IMG/VR virus record: IMGVR_UViG_3300027801_000030
Location: 1 to 53,379 of that record
DNA length: 53,379 nt
DNA from: a virus
Taxonomy: Duplodnaviria > Caudoviricetes
Reading direction: 5' to 3' (one strand)
Positions 38,465-47,770 of this stretch are shown here, one piece after another (positions within the stretch are counted from its first letter, which is position 1; each line of letters opens with the position of its first letter). The translations under genes and the position numbers were made by a program. The notes beneath the pieces were generated by a model. It had not been told where the DNA came from, did no database searches, and worked only from the letters and a program-made list of their open reading frames with translations.

Positions 38465-39649
38465 TTATCCGCTTTGTTGTCTAATAATAATATTTATGCT
38501 TCCGCCCGAGCCTACTGTTATTAAGCCGGTCTTTCCGTCAACGTCTGTTTCAATACTTGCATTAGATGATATCGGTAATCTAATACTAATTATACCGCTG
38601 TTATCTCTGTAAAACCATATTGTTCCTGCACCTTTATCTATTATAGTGTTAAAAGATGTCTCTTTATCAAATCCTGGAGAGGTACCTGTTATTAGTGCGC
38701 CATCAAATGCGGCTACACCTGATCTACCTTTTGATTTCATGTCTACTGACACTTCAAGTACACTCAATAAGTCTTGTAGCAGATCTACATCAAGAAAATT
38801 TATGTCAAGTTCAGTAAACTCTAGATCTGCATCAGGGTCTTCTTCTAATATATTTTCTTCTAATAAGTCTACATCTAAATCTGTGAATGCAAGGTAGTCT
38901 GCTCCGCCATTTGCTTCTGCTTTTTGTTCAGCAACTGCTTCTGTAATTTCTGCTGGTTCACTTACAATAAACATATTGTCTATCATATTAAGATCAATAT
39001 TTGTTAGGATAACAGGATCTGTAGGACTTGTCTCAAATGTACTAACCATAGCACTCATGTATGCTTCGTCAAGTGTTACTACTCCGCCTGCGTTTGTAAT
39101 TGTTATGCTACCACTAGGCGCACAACCTTCTTCTAGTGCTACTTTATCAGTGCAATCTTCATCAGGTAATAATATAACTAAACTTCTGCCGAGTTCATCT
39201 ACTGTTGTTGTGAAATCAGTGCCACGGATACCAATTGTGGCAGTAGGCGTATGGATTGTTATGTTCTGCTTTGGAACTAATCCTAGTCCACCAGTAGCAA
39301 ATCTGGCGGTGCCTTGTATAAAGTTAAGGGACATTTTGCTTTTGTTTGGATCTGGGTCATAAACATATTCGTTTATTTCCATAAAAGTGTGTTCTGTAAG
39401 ACTAACTTGAGTTTTGTCAAGAAACTCAATTTTTAGTCTGCCGTTCTCTGTTTCGATATTGTCGAGGCTTTCAATTCCACCAGAAAGGGTCGCTATCAGG
39501 TTTTCACCTGTCTTACGTTCTATTGAACCTGGGGTGCCGTTTAGCTCTGAGACTGTGCCTATCTGGGCACTGACTCCGAAACTACATATAACACACAACA
39601 ATCCAATAACATATTTATTAATCTGTTTGCGTAATTGTAACTGTAGCAT
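38465..39649 (-). CDS. FecR-domain secreted protein
   Basis: Signal/TM then D.IET.NG...I.F.D.T...L, G..RF.TG, I.TPTATIGIRGTDF; acidic C-terminal half ending INIIIRQ. Confidence 0.85.
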   Translation of the reverse strand: MLQLQLRKQINKYVIGLLCVICSFGVSAQIGTVSELNGTPGSIERKTGENLIATLSGGIESLDNIETENGRLKIEFLDKTQVSLTEHTFMEINEYVYDPDPNKSKMSLNFIQGTARFATGGLGLVPKQNITIHTPTATIGIRGTDFTTTVDELGRSLVILLPDEDCTDKVALEEGCAPSGSITITNAGGVVTLDEAYMSAMVSTFETSPTDPVILTNIDLNMIDNMFIVSEPAEITEAVAEQKAEANGGADYLAFTDLDVDLLEENILEEDPDADLEFTELDINFLDVDLLQDLLSVLEVSVDMKSKGRSGVAAFDGALITGTSPGFDKETSFNTIIDKGAGTIWFYRDNSGIISIRLPISSNASIETDVDGKTGLITVGSGGSINIIIRQQSG

Positions 39650-40343
39650 TTTCGCTATCAATATCTAGGTTCATTTCGCTATAACACGAAGTTATACCTG
39701 TTGCACATGTTCCTGAGCTTTGAGTTAAACTGTAATTTGCTCCACTACCATCATGTAGCACAATCATTTTATGATATGCTCCATCTGTTTGGCTAGTTAC
39801 CCAAGTATTGTTACTTCCAGTTATATCAAAATCCCACTTAGCATCATCTGACTCAATATCAATAGAAGTAAATACATTTGTACTTCCTAGTATATCAAGG
39901 TCAAAATCTAACCTTTCTGCGGAAACTGATCCACCTATGTCGATATCAAAAGTGTTAGAACTACCAGCAACGTCAACTAAAAAGTTGGCGTAGTCTGTGC
40001 TACCGCTTGCACCTAAGTTCCAATCCCATATATTACTGTCGCCAGTAAATACAGCATTAATAGTAGCATTATCACTTATAAGCGGTCCATAGAACTTGTT
40101 CAAGTTACCTGCTTGATCTAAGTTAAATGTAACTGTTGCTCCAGTAATTAAGAAATCTGTTGACGACGCCGCGTTTCCACTAACTTTGTTACCATAACCA
40201 ATTTGGTCAATAGTTAAAATTAGTGTCGTGCCTTGTTGATCAAGCAAAATTTCGTTATCCGTTGTGCCTGCCGCTGAAATCGGCTGTGTAATAACCAATC
40301 CAACTCCTAGCATACCAATTAATAATAATTTATTAATTTTCAT
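39618..40343 (-). CDS. curlin-like beta-solenoid protein (CsgA-like)
   Basis: Signal peptide; DNEILLDQQG, IDQIGYGN, LDQAGNLN, repeated (V/I).G.SN; ends VTITQTD; directly after csgG. Confidence 0.7.
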   Translation of the reverse strand: MKINKLLLIGMLGVGLVITQPISAAGTTDNEILLDQQGTTLILTIDQIGYGNKVSGNAASSTDFLITGATVTFNLDQAGNLNKFYGPLISDNATINAVFTGDSNIWDWNLGASGSTDYANFLVDVAGSSNTFDIDIGGSVSAERLDFDLDILGSTNVFTSIDIESDDAKWDFDITGSNNTWVTSQTDGAYHKMIVLHDGSGANYSLTQSSGTCATGITSCYSEMNLDIDSENATVTITQTD

Positions 40344-41277
40344 TTCTTTCTTCTCCTATTTGGCTTTCTACTGTGTTAGTTTTTATAGGCGTAAATACGA
40401 TTTCTTCGTAGTGTTCGTTTGCTGGATAATTCAGCGTCCAAAACCCTCGGAGATCTCCTTGTTCAATCATTGCCAATACTGCGGCTTCGACTGCACTTCT
40501 TACTGCCCATGTAACACTTTCGTTTTGTGTAACACCTGTTTCAAGCTCTAATAATTTAGTATCCATATCAAGGAATCGGAAAACATCTGCTCCCATTCCT
40601 ACACTTAATATTGTCTTGTATGTCTGTACGTTGAGTAACACTTCGCCTGTTAATGTACTAACTGCTCTTAGTGATACTACAACAGAGTCGCGTCTATATT
40701 GGGCACTACCGCCGATACCTAAGTACCTTGCGCCATTACCGCCTGTTTCTACGTTGCTATCATACCCAACAATGCCACCTTCTAGAATCATTCCTGCAAA
40801 CAACATAGGTTCGAGTCCTTTTTCTTTCTCATTATTAGCTTTAGCGTACTCTGTTCTTGTAGACCTTACAATCTGTCGTTCTCTGACAAGATTATCTAGT
40901 CCCAAGCCTCTTTCTACCACACGGAACCAAGTACCGTTACCGGTGTCTCCTGCTCCTGCGGCTTTTAGTGCATCAATTAATAAAGGTTTAGCACCTTGAG
41001 TAACTGCTGTACTAAACAAGGCAATGTTATCTTTCTGTTTACGTTGCCCTGTTAAATCTGTAAATTGGTAAACTGCTACCACTGGCATAGTTTTCGCTGG
41101 CGGTAAAGCTCTTAACTTCGCATACGTTGGAAGCTCAACTTGGACTGGATCTTCGATACACTCCATAAAACTATCTTTACACCAGTCATCTTTAACTATA
41201 TTAGTAGGTATGGCAATACTCGCACAACCGCTAGTAATCAGGCCTAAAACTAAGATAGGCAAAAATATTTTAAACAT
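40333..41277 (-). CDS. csgG: curli secretion channel CsgG
   Basis: Lipobox TSG-C; VAVY.F.D.TGQRK, STAVTQGA, WF.VVER.GL.NL..ERQI.R, EGGIVGYDSN..TGG.GARYLGIG, TGEVL. Confidence 0.95.
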   Translation of the reverse strand: MFKIFLPILVLGLITSGCASIAIPTNIVKDDWCKDSFMECIEDPVQVELPTYAKLRALPPAKTMPVVAVYQFTDLTGQRKQKDNIALFSTAVTQGAKPLLIDALKAAGAGDTGNGTWFRVVERGLGLDNLVRERQIVRSTRTEYAKANNEKEKGLEPMLFAGMILEGGIVGYDSNVETGGNGARYLGIGGSAQYRRDSVVVSLRAVSTLTGEVLLNVQTYKTILSVGMGADVFRFLDMDTKLLELETGVTQNESVTWAVRSAVEAAVLAMIEQGDLRGFWTLNYPANEHYEEIVFTPIKTNTVESQIGEERNEN

Positions 41278-41762
41278 TATCCTATATTTCCTACACCAAC
41301 CGGAATGTCAATTGTTGTTATTGACCCGTCGGCATCTACGATGGTTAATCGTATAATTGCTATACCATCTTCTCCTATTATGCGTTCGTATGTTACAGTA
41401 TTGCCTTCAATAGTAAACACGCCATAGTCTGCACCTTCTTCGTTACCAAACATATTATCAACCAACTGTTTAGATAACTGAGAATAAATTCTACTTTCTA
41501 AGTTTCTTAAAAACTTGTTTAACGTTGAATTATCTTCTTCTCGTTTTAATCTTAAAAGCTCTGCTTCTATACTTTCTTTAATTTTATCCTTTCTGCTTTT
41601 TTCTTGATTCTCAATAGTTAAATAATGACTTGAAGTACCTACTCCCGAAAAGGATGGATTTTTAAACTTCATTACAAGTTCGTCAGCCTCTAATGTTTGG
41701 CTTGCAAAAAACAATACCATAACGGCTATACCTAAATGAGTTCCTGTAATTTTCATTTTCAT
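41277..41762 (-). CDS. csgF: curli assembly component CsgF
   Basis: Signal peptide then ELV..FKNPSF.G, F...LESRIY.QLS..L, G..T.I.IP; directly upstream of csgG. Confidence 0.88.
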   Translation of the reverse strand: MKMKITGTHLGIAVMVLFFASQTLEADELVMKFKNPSFSGVGTSSHYLTIENQEKSRKDKIKESIEAELLRLKREEDNSTLNKFLRNLESRIYSQLSKQLVDNMFGNEEGADYGVFTIEGNTVTYERIIGEDGIAIIRLTIVDADGSITTIDIPVGVGNIG

Positions 41763-42085
41763 TTTTTATCCCCTATCGATGACTGTATGCTTGATAATTC
41801 ATGCGTCATGCTTTCTAATTTTTCTTTCTTCGCCGCGTCTTCTATAACTTTTTGGCGTTCTCTATACTCTAAAACTACATTAACTTTTTGTTGCAGTCTA
41901 ATCATATCTTGATCAAGCATTCTTGTTTGATCTATCACTTTAATTAATGCAAAGTGCATTTTTTCAAGTTCAGGCTCTATATGTTCGCTGATAAAATGCC
42001 AGATAAAATATATAAAGTACCCGAGTCCTACCATCATTACAATAGGGAATCCGTACTCGTTAACTATCTGTGCAAAATCCATCAA
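41759..42085 (-). CDS. small single-TM coiled-coil protein
   Basis: EYGFPIV....GYFIYFIW then coiled coil; translationally coupled to csgF. Confidence 0.8.
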   Translation of the reverse strand: MMDFAQIVNEYGFPIVMMVGLGYFIYFIWHFISEHIEPELEKMHFALIKVIDQTRMLDQDMIRLQQKVNVVLEYRERQKVIEDAAKKEKLESMTHELSSIQSSIGDKK

Positions 42086-42378
42086 TCTCGCCTAGCGTCT
42101 ATTTTACCATCTTCCATAAAATTTTCTGCTCTTGCAATTCTATCGATATCTGGTCTTAAATCTAACGCACTACTAACTAGCAAGTCTATTTTCATCATTT
42201 CATTACTCATTGTTCTTGCCCTATTTTCTAGACTAGTACAAAACATAGTTAATGTTTTAATCTGATCCACAATGCCGTTTAAGATTTGCTTAATAACAGT
42301 AAAAATGAAGAATCCCATTACGAGGCTTCCGGCGATTGGTGCTCCAACTTCAGCAATCAAAACAAATATTTCTTCCAT
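42082..42378 (-). CDS. small single-TM coiled-coil protein (paralogue of the neighbour)
   Basis: EVGAPIA....GFFIF then coiled coil; first gene of the curli operon. Confidence 0.8.
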   Translation of the reverse strand: MEEIFVLIAEVGAPIAGSLVMGFFIFTVIKQILNGIVDQIKTLTMFCTSLENRARTMSNEMMKIDLLVSSALDLRPDIDRIARAENFMEDGKIDARRD

Positions 42379-42474
42379 GACTGTACCTTCTGCGGTTCGA
42401 ATAGCAAATTAATTTACTATAGACTTAGTGTCTGTTTAAGTTTCTAAAAAGTAGTCCTACCTACTAGTAACAAC

Positions 42475-42482
42475 TATTTATC
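42475..42482 (-). promoter_or_regulatory. T4-type late promoter heading the curli operon
   Basis: GATAAATA between the tail fibre terminator and the first operon gene. Confidence 0.65.
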
Positions 42483-42520
42483 AGTTCTATGCTATGTTTT
42501 CGTGCATAGAAAAATTATTC

Positions 42521-42548
42521 AAAAAAAAGCACTCCGGAGAGTGCTTTT
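42521..42548. terminator. Rho-independent terminator
   Basis: AAAAAAAAGCACTC-CGGA-GAGTGCTTTT. Confidence 0.8.
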
Positions 42549-42572
42549 AAATAGGTTTCTAAACTTTTTTTA

Positions 42573-45500
42573 TTACATTAAGTTAATAAGTACTTCAATA
42601 ACTGCTTCGCCACCTTCTGAAGAGCCAACTGCTTTACCAATTATTCTTCCTGACTGTGCATTGTTATCTGTTTTAGCATGTCCACTCATTCCTGAACTAA
42701 CCATTAAGTCTCCAGGAGCAACTGGGCCAGTAACCTTAGTAGGTACTCTTCCTGTTAATGCTACTGCAACACCTTCTGCGTCTGCGTTCATTAAGTAAGC
42801 TGGATCTGTACTAACAACACCTGCTACTGCGTGACAACTTTCCATGCCACATGCTGTAACTTCTGCATCGCCGCCAAACATAACAACTGTTCCTGCATCT
42901 ATGTCAGCATCTGCTGAGTAAACCTCAGCCAAATCCGCATATCTTGCCGTTGTTGCTGTTGCTGTAATAACGCCTGCCGCAAAGTTACCTGATCCATCTC
43001 TTGCTACAACTTTACTTGCTGTGTTAGCCGAAGTTGCGTCTACATTTAATGTAACGCCTCCACTTGCACCGCCACCTGATAAGTAATCGCCTGCTGTAAC
43101 ACCAGTGATGTCACCAACACTAGTTGTATACCCTGCGTCATTACTAAAACCTGAGATTGCAATACTGCCTTTAGTAAGTTTTCTGCTGTTGCCTGAATCG
43201 TCTACAACTACAAAGTGATCTCCGTCTCCATTAGTAGTAGATGTGCTTAGTTCGTTACCGTCAAATGCTATTGAAATAGTTCCTGAACTTGTAACTGTTC
43301 CTCCGCCACTAATACCTGTGCCTGCACTTACGGCAACACTTGTAACTGTACCAGTTGTTGTCGAGTATCCTAATCCTGTAACGAAATCATATACATGATC
43401 ACCAGTTGGGATAGTTGATGCACCATTTGTTACTGCGGCTGTGTTTACATTTAATGTAATGGCACCACTTGCGCCACCACCAGTTAAACCAGTACCTGCT
43501 GTAACACCTGTAATATCACCGACATTACTTGTCCAACTGTTATCGTTGTTAAAGTCACTTAGTGTAATTTCACTAACAAGTTTTCTTGACTGTACGCCAC
43601 CGTCTAGTATTACTAGTTCATCTGCTGATCCTGTAACATCCGCTGTCATATCTGGAAGTTCTGAAAGGTCTACGTTTAATGTAACTGTACCATCTGTGCC
43701 GCCACCGTCTAACAATGTACCTGCTGTAACACCTGTTACATAACCTGTATCTGTTAAACTAATTGCTCCGCTACTATATGTAATACCTGTTCCGCCACTA
43801 AATAAGCCTGTAATGTAACTGGAATCTACTGTTAATGTTGCACTACCTGATGTAGCTCCGCCATTTAAACCAGTTCCAGCAACTACGGCTGTAATATCGC
43901 CTGTTGTAGTTGAGTATCCGTATGCTTCAATCTTATCAGCAATCGCTTTTGCTGTCATCAATACTGCGTCTGAATCAGCAAATGATTCTGAACTAATTTG
44001 CAAACTGCCTGCCGCTAATTCTGAAACTGTTAATCCGCTTACGTTAACTGTAACAGTACCTGATGTACCGCCTCCACTTAAACCAGTACCTGCTGTAACG
44101 CCTGTTACATAACCTGTATCTGATAAACTAATAGCACCAGAACTAATATTAATACCAGTTCCTGCACTAAAGTGAGCTCTTGTCTCACTAGCACTTGGAC
44201 CTGTGTAAGTAATTGTACCACTGCTGTAAGCAAGACTTCCGTCTCCGCCTGCATCAGTAACTGTAATGGCACCTTGTGCATCTGAATCTGCGTATTGTGT
44301 AATAGTTGTAGCAAATGCGCCACTACTAAATGTCATACCAGTTCCTGCACTTAGATGTGCTCTTGTTTCTGCCGCACTTGGACCTGTGTAAGTAAATACA
44401 CCGTTACTGTAAGCAAATGATCCATCGCCACCTGCATCTGCGGCACTAAAGAATGCTTTAATTTCTGATTCTATTGGTAATGTATACCAAGCTGATCCGT
44501 CTCTTGTTTGTTGCCAAACATCTGCACTTTCGTCCCATTGTAGTTTAACGTTAGTTGATGTTCCACGTTCTATCTCAATACCAGCATCTGCACTTGGAGT
44601 ACCTGTTTCGTTGTTATTGAGAACAATTAAGTTATCATCTACAGTTAAAGTTTCTGTATTAAGAACAGTTTGTGTACCATTAACAGTTAAGTTACCGTTA
44701 AATATTGCATTATCTGAGAATGTTTTAGCACCTGCAACAGTTTGGGCGCCAGTAGTTCTAACTACTGTAGCATCTACGCTTAAGGCTCCACTAGCTATTG
44801 CAACACCGTTACTAGCACTAAAGTGAGCTCTTGTCTCACTAGCACTTGGACCTGTGTAAGTAATTACACCAGATGTACTGTTGTAAGCCGCACTTCCGTC
44901 TCCGCCAGCGTCTGTAACACTAATATGTGCTCTTGCTTCTGCGGCACTTGGGCCTGTGTAAGTAATTACACCTGTTGTATTGTTATAAGCAAGACTTCCG
45001 TCACCACCTGCATCAGTTACACTAACGCTGTCTAACGCAATTAAGTCTTTGTATGATGAACCATCGTTTGTATACTGCCATCCGTCACCTGATTCGTCCC
45101 ATCTAAGTTGAACATTAGTAGAATCGCCTCTTTCAACAATAATGCCAACGTTATCAGAAGGGGTGCCTGTTGCGTCTGCATTTAAAGTTATTAAGTTATC
45201 TGCAATTTCTACTGAACTACCAGTTGCCGCTAATGCGCCACTAAGTGTAGTTGTTCCTGAGAATGTCTTGTTGCCTGCAATAGTTTGAGTGCCAGTAGTT
45301 CTAACTACTGTAGCATCTACTAAAATTGTTCCTGAAGTATTTGTAATACCGTCGCCACCTGTTATATAGGTTGCTCCGTCTACATAAGCCTTAGATGCGG
45401 CATCTGTTGCCACACTAGGTGCGGCTAAGTTGTTAATGTGGTTACTGTTAACATTAATGTTTGAACCAAACTTAACACCACCACTTGAAGTAATAGTTTT

Positions 45501-46325
45501 AGCCGCTGTTAGTACAACGTCTGTTTTAAGTTGGATGTCGCCACCTGAAGTTAATTCAATATCACCAGTTCCTTGTGATAAGATACTAATGTTCTGGTTA
45601 CTATCAGCTGATATTTGGATTGTTCCTGAGTTATCTTCAATAACTTTTTGTCCATTAACATATAATGATCCTGGTCCAATGTAAACATCTTTCCACATTC
45701 TCGCCGCAGTACCTAGTGTATAAGTATTGTCAGCGGCAGGAATAATATGTCCTGCAAGTGTGCCAGCGGCTAAGAAAGTTTGTACTCTAGCATTTGTATA
45801 ATAAAGGTTAGATGAACCTTCTGTCATTTCATCTGTATTATCTTTTGTTGCTATTTGTGAAGTAACATAAGCCTTAATACTTTGCTGTGATGCAACTTTA
45901 GTAGCACTATCTGAAGCAAAGTTATCTTCATCTAAAAATGCTGTACCACTTACGCCAGTATTTAATACTGGTGAAGTTAAAGTTTTGTTTGTTAAAGTTT
46001 GCGAACCTGTTAAAGTTGCTACTGTACTATCAATTGCTATATCATTTGCGTTTGCAGTAATACCTGTTCCGCCTATAACATTAATTGTTGCTGATCCTGA
46101 AGTTGCACCGCCAGTTAGACCTGAACCTGCTACTATACCAGTAATATCACCCGTTGCCGCTGATGCTACTTCTGAATAAGTTGCTAGTCTAAATCCGCCT
46201 GCTGTACTACCATTGTGGACGATGATTGTATTTAAATCTGTATCTATCGTAATCTCACCAGCTAATCCAGTAAATGAACTATGCTGGGAAGTAGTACCTC
46301 GACGCCTTTGAATTGCTGTTGCCAT
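42573..46325 (-). CDS. tail fibre-like virion protein (Mtd_N-like N-terminus, C-terminal chaperone/peptidase G2-like domain)
   Basis: MATAIQRRRGTT..H..FTG..GEIT.DTD; repeats GDITGV.AG.GL.GG, DAGGDGS..Y....TYTGPS, Q..AG.KTF; C-terminal ARYADLAE...GVVSTDPAYLMN..VAL.GRVP.KV. Late promoter at 46375-46382. Confidence 0.85.
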   Translation of the reverse strand: MATAIQRRRGTTSQHSSFTGLAGEITIDTDLNTIIVHNGSTAGGFRLATYSEVASAATGDITGIVAGSGLTGGATSGSATINVIGGTGITANANDIAIDSTVATLTGSQTLTNKTLTSPVLNTGVSGTAFLDEDNFASDSATKVASQQSIKAYVTSQIATKDNTDEMTEGSSNLYYTNARVQTFLAAGTLAGHIIPAADNTYTLGTAARMWKDVYIGPGSLYVNGQKVIEDNSGTIQISADSNQNISILSQGTGDIELTSGGDIQLKTDVVLTAAKTITSSGGVKFGSNINVNSNHINNLAAPSVATDAASKAYVDGATYITGGDGITNTSGTILVDATVVRTTGTQTIAGNKTFSGTTTLSGALAATGSSVEIADNLITLNADATGTPSDNVGIIVERGDSTNVQLRWDESGDGWQYTNDGSSYKDLIALDSVSVTDAGGDGSLAYNNTTGVITYTGPSAAEARAHISVTDAGGDGSAAYNSTSGVITYTGPSASETRAHFSASNGVAIASGALSVDATVVRTTGAQTVAGAKTFSDNAIFNGNLTVNGTQTVLNTETLTVDDNLIVLNNNETGTPSADAGIEIERGTSTNVKLQWDESADVWQQTRDGSAWYTLPIESEIKAFFSAADAGGDGSFAYSNGVFTYTGPSAAETRAHLSAGTGMTFSSGAFATTITQYADSDAQGAITVTDAGGDGSLAYSSGTITYTGPSASETRAHFSAGTGINISSGAISLSDTGYVTGVTAGTGLSGGGTSGTVTVNVSGLTVSELAAGSLQISSESFADSDAVLMTAKAIADKIEAYGYSTTTGDITAVVAGTGLNGGATSGSATLTVDSSYITGLFSGGTGITYSSGAISLTDTGYVTGVTAGTLLDGGGTDGTVTLNVDLSELPDMTADVTGSADELVILDGGVQSRKLVSEITLSDFNNDNSWTSNVGDITGVTAGTGLTGGGASGAITLNVNTAAVTNGASTIPTGDHVYDFVTGLGYSTTTGTVTSVAVSAGTGISGGGTVTSSGTISIAFDGNELSTSTTNGDGDHFVVVDDSGNSRKLTKGSIAISGFSNDAGYTTSVGDITGVTAGDYLSGGGASGGVTLNVDATSANTASKVVARDGSGNFAAGVITATATTARYADLAEVYSADADIDAGTVVMFGGDAEVTACGMESCHAVAGVVSTDPAYLMNADAEGVAVALTGRVPTKVTGPVAPGDLMVSSGMSGHAKTDNNAQSGRIIGKAVGSSEGGEAVIEVLINLM

Positions 46326-46386
46326 TACATTCCCCTAAAATTTGATATGGTAATCGTTAAATTTGTATAACACATATTTATCATAA

Positions 46387-47748
46387 TCACCTAATTAACG
46401 TGAGTTCTAACTCATCATTTATGTTTTTTAACACAATCCAGTTCGGATTAGTTAATTGCCCTTTGTAGACCGGTGTTGTTCCTACTAAACATACCACTGC
46501 CCACTCCTGTCTATCGTTCCTGTTCTTGTACTCTCTGCCTTCTTCAAATACTATACCGTTTGGCAGATTCCTGTATAATGCAGATCCTTCGCTGTCTGTC
46601 TGAAATTCAATTGCATTTTCAGGCAATGCCATAGCAGGATCTAAACTTGTTTTGAAATAACTTTCTAACTTAGTTGTTTCATTCTCTAACCACTCTACAA
46701 TATTGTATTGTGATTTTGCTTCTTCATTAAACTTATCTGTGTAAAATTTACTTTTCCAATAAGTTTTTTCGTTACCTATAACTGCGGCATTTTTAACAAC
46801 TACCCCAATTACTGTGTCTCCTTCATCTGCAACAACTAACATTCCGTTTGTGTCAACTGCAACAGTAAAACCTGATCTATCTTCTTCTTTATGATTACCA
46901 TCTGCCCATTCAAAAAATTCTGCATATCCTACTTTATTTGAAAAGTAAGACTTTGCTGTGAATAATGAGCCTTCGCCATCAACGTTAAAAATTTCTGTTT
47001 TGCTAATATCATCATTGCCTGCTTCAGCATTTACTGTTATTGCATTCCAGTTTTTAGAAAATGTTGCCGCTGTATCTAACTCTAGAATAGCATTATCTTC
47101 AAATGCTTTAGACTTTGCTGAAACACTCAACCCAGGCATGTCATTAAATCTGTGATAAACACCTAGTGTAGCATCATTAACCTTGTCCATAGAACCTAAT
47201 GTTAGCGATCCATCTGAATGGATATTTGTTCCTTGCCTATTCATTCTACTTGCGGCTTTAAAGACAAATGTTTTTTCATCATCTCCATCGCCTTCAACTA
47301 TTAATCCTCTTGTACTGCCATCTCCACTTGTAGGTATGTCTGATTCACTTGGCTCTCCTGCCTTAAAGTGGACACTTCCTTTGCCAACTGTTCTTGGCGA
47401 CTTAGTACCTGTGGATAAAGTACCAACTCTAGAAATTTGTAAAACTGTATCTTCTAATCTTTTAAAGCCTAAACCGTAAGTATCTGCTACAACTGAATAT
47501 CCTACGTCACCACCAACAAGTGCTATTTCATCTTTCCTGTCGCTTGTTGCAATTTTAATTTGTTGTAATGCTACTTGCAATTTTCCTTCTACCTCTGCTA
47601 TTAAACGTTTTGTAACGTCAGCTGTAATTTTTTCTGTCAATGCTTCTACGTCAATTTCCTGTTTAACTGGTTTAACCTGTTTAACTGGTTTCTTAATAAG
47701 GGCCGATGCTTCTATTTTCGTACCTGCCTTTGTTAATTTTTTTGCCAT
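46387..47748 (-). CDS. virion/fibre-associated protein with peptidase G2-like (intramolecular chaperone) C-terminal domain
   Basis: GYAEFFEWADGN, IGVV....VIGN, R..R.EW..V.L.G; basic and coiled-coil N-terminus. Confidence 0.7.
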   Translation of the reverse strand: MAKKLTKAGTKIEASALIKKPVKQVKPVKQEIDVEALTEKITADVTKRLIAEVEGKLQVALQQIKIATSDRKDEIALVGGDVGYSVVADTYGLGFKRLEDTVLQISRVGTLSTGTKSPRTVGKGSVHFKAGEPSESDIPTSGDGSTRGLIVEGDGDDEKTFVFKAASRMNRQGTNIHSDGSLTLGSMDKVNDATLGVYHRFNDMPGLSVSAKSKAFEDNAILELDTAATFSKNWNAITVNAEAGNDDISKTEIFNVDGEGSLFTAKSYFSNKVGYAEFFEWADGNHKEEDRSGFTVAVDTNGMLVVADEGDTVIGVVVKNAAVIGNEKTYWKSKFYTDKFNEEAKSQYNIVEWLENETTKLESYFKTSLDPAMALPENAIEFQTDSEGSALYRNLPNGIVFEEGREYKNRNDRQEWAVVCLVGTTPVYKGQLTNPNWIVLKNINDELELTLIR

Positions 47749-47770
47749 TGTGTGTGTTCCATGTGTGTTA

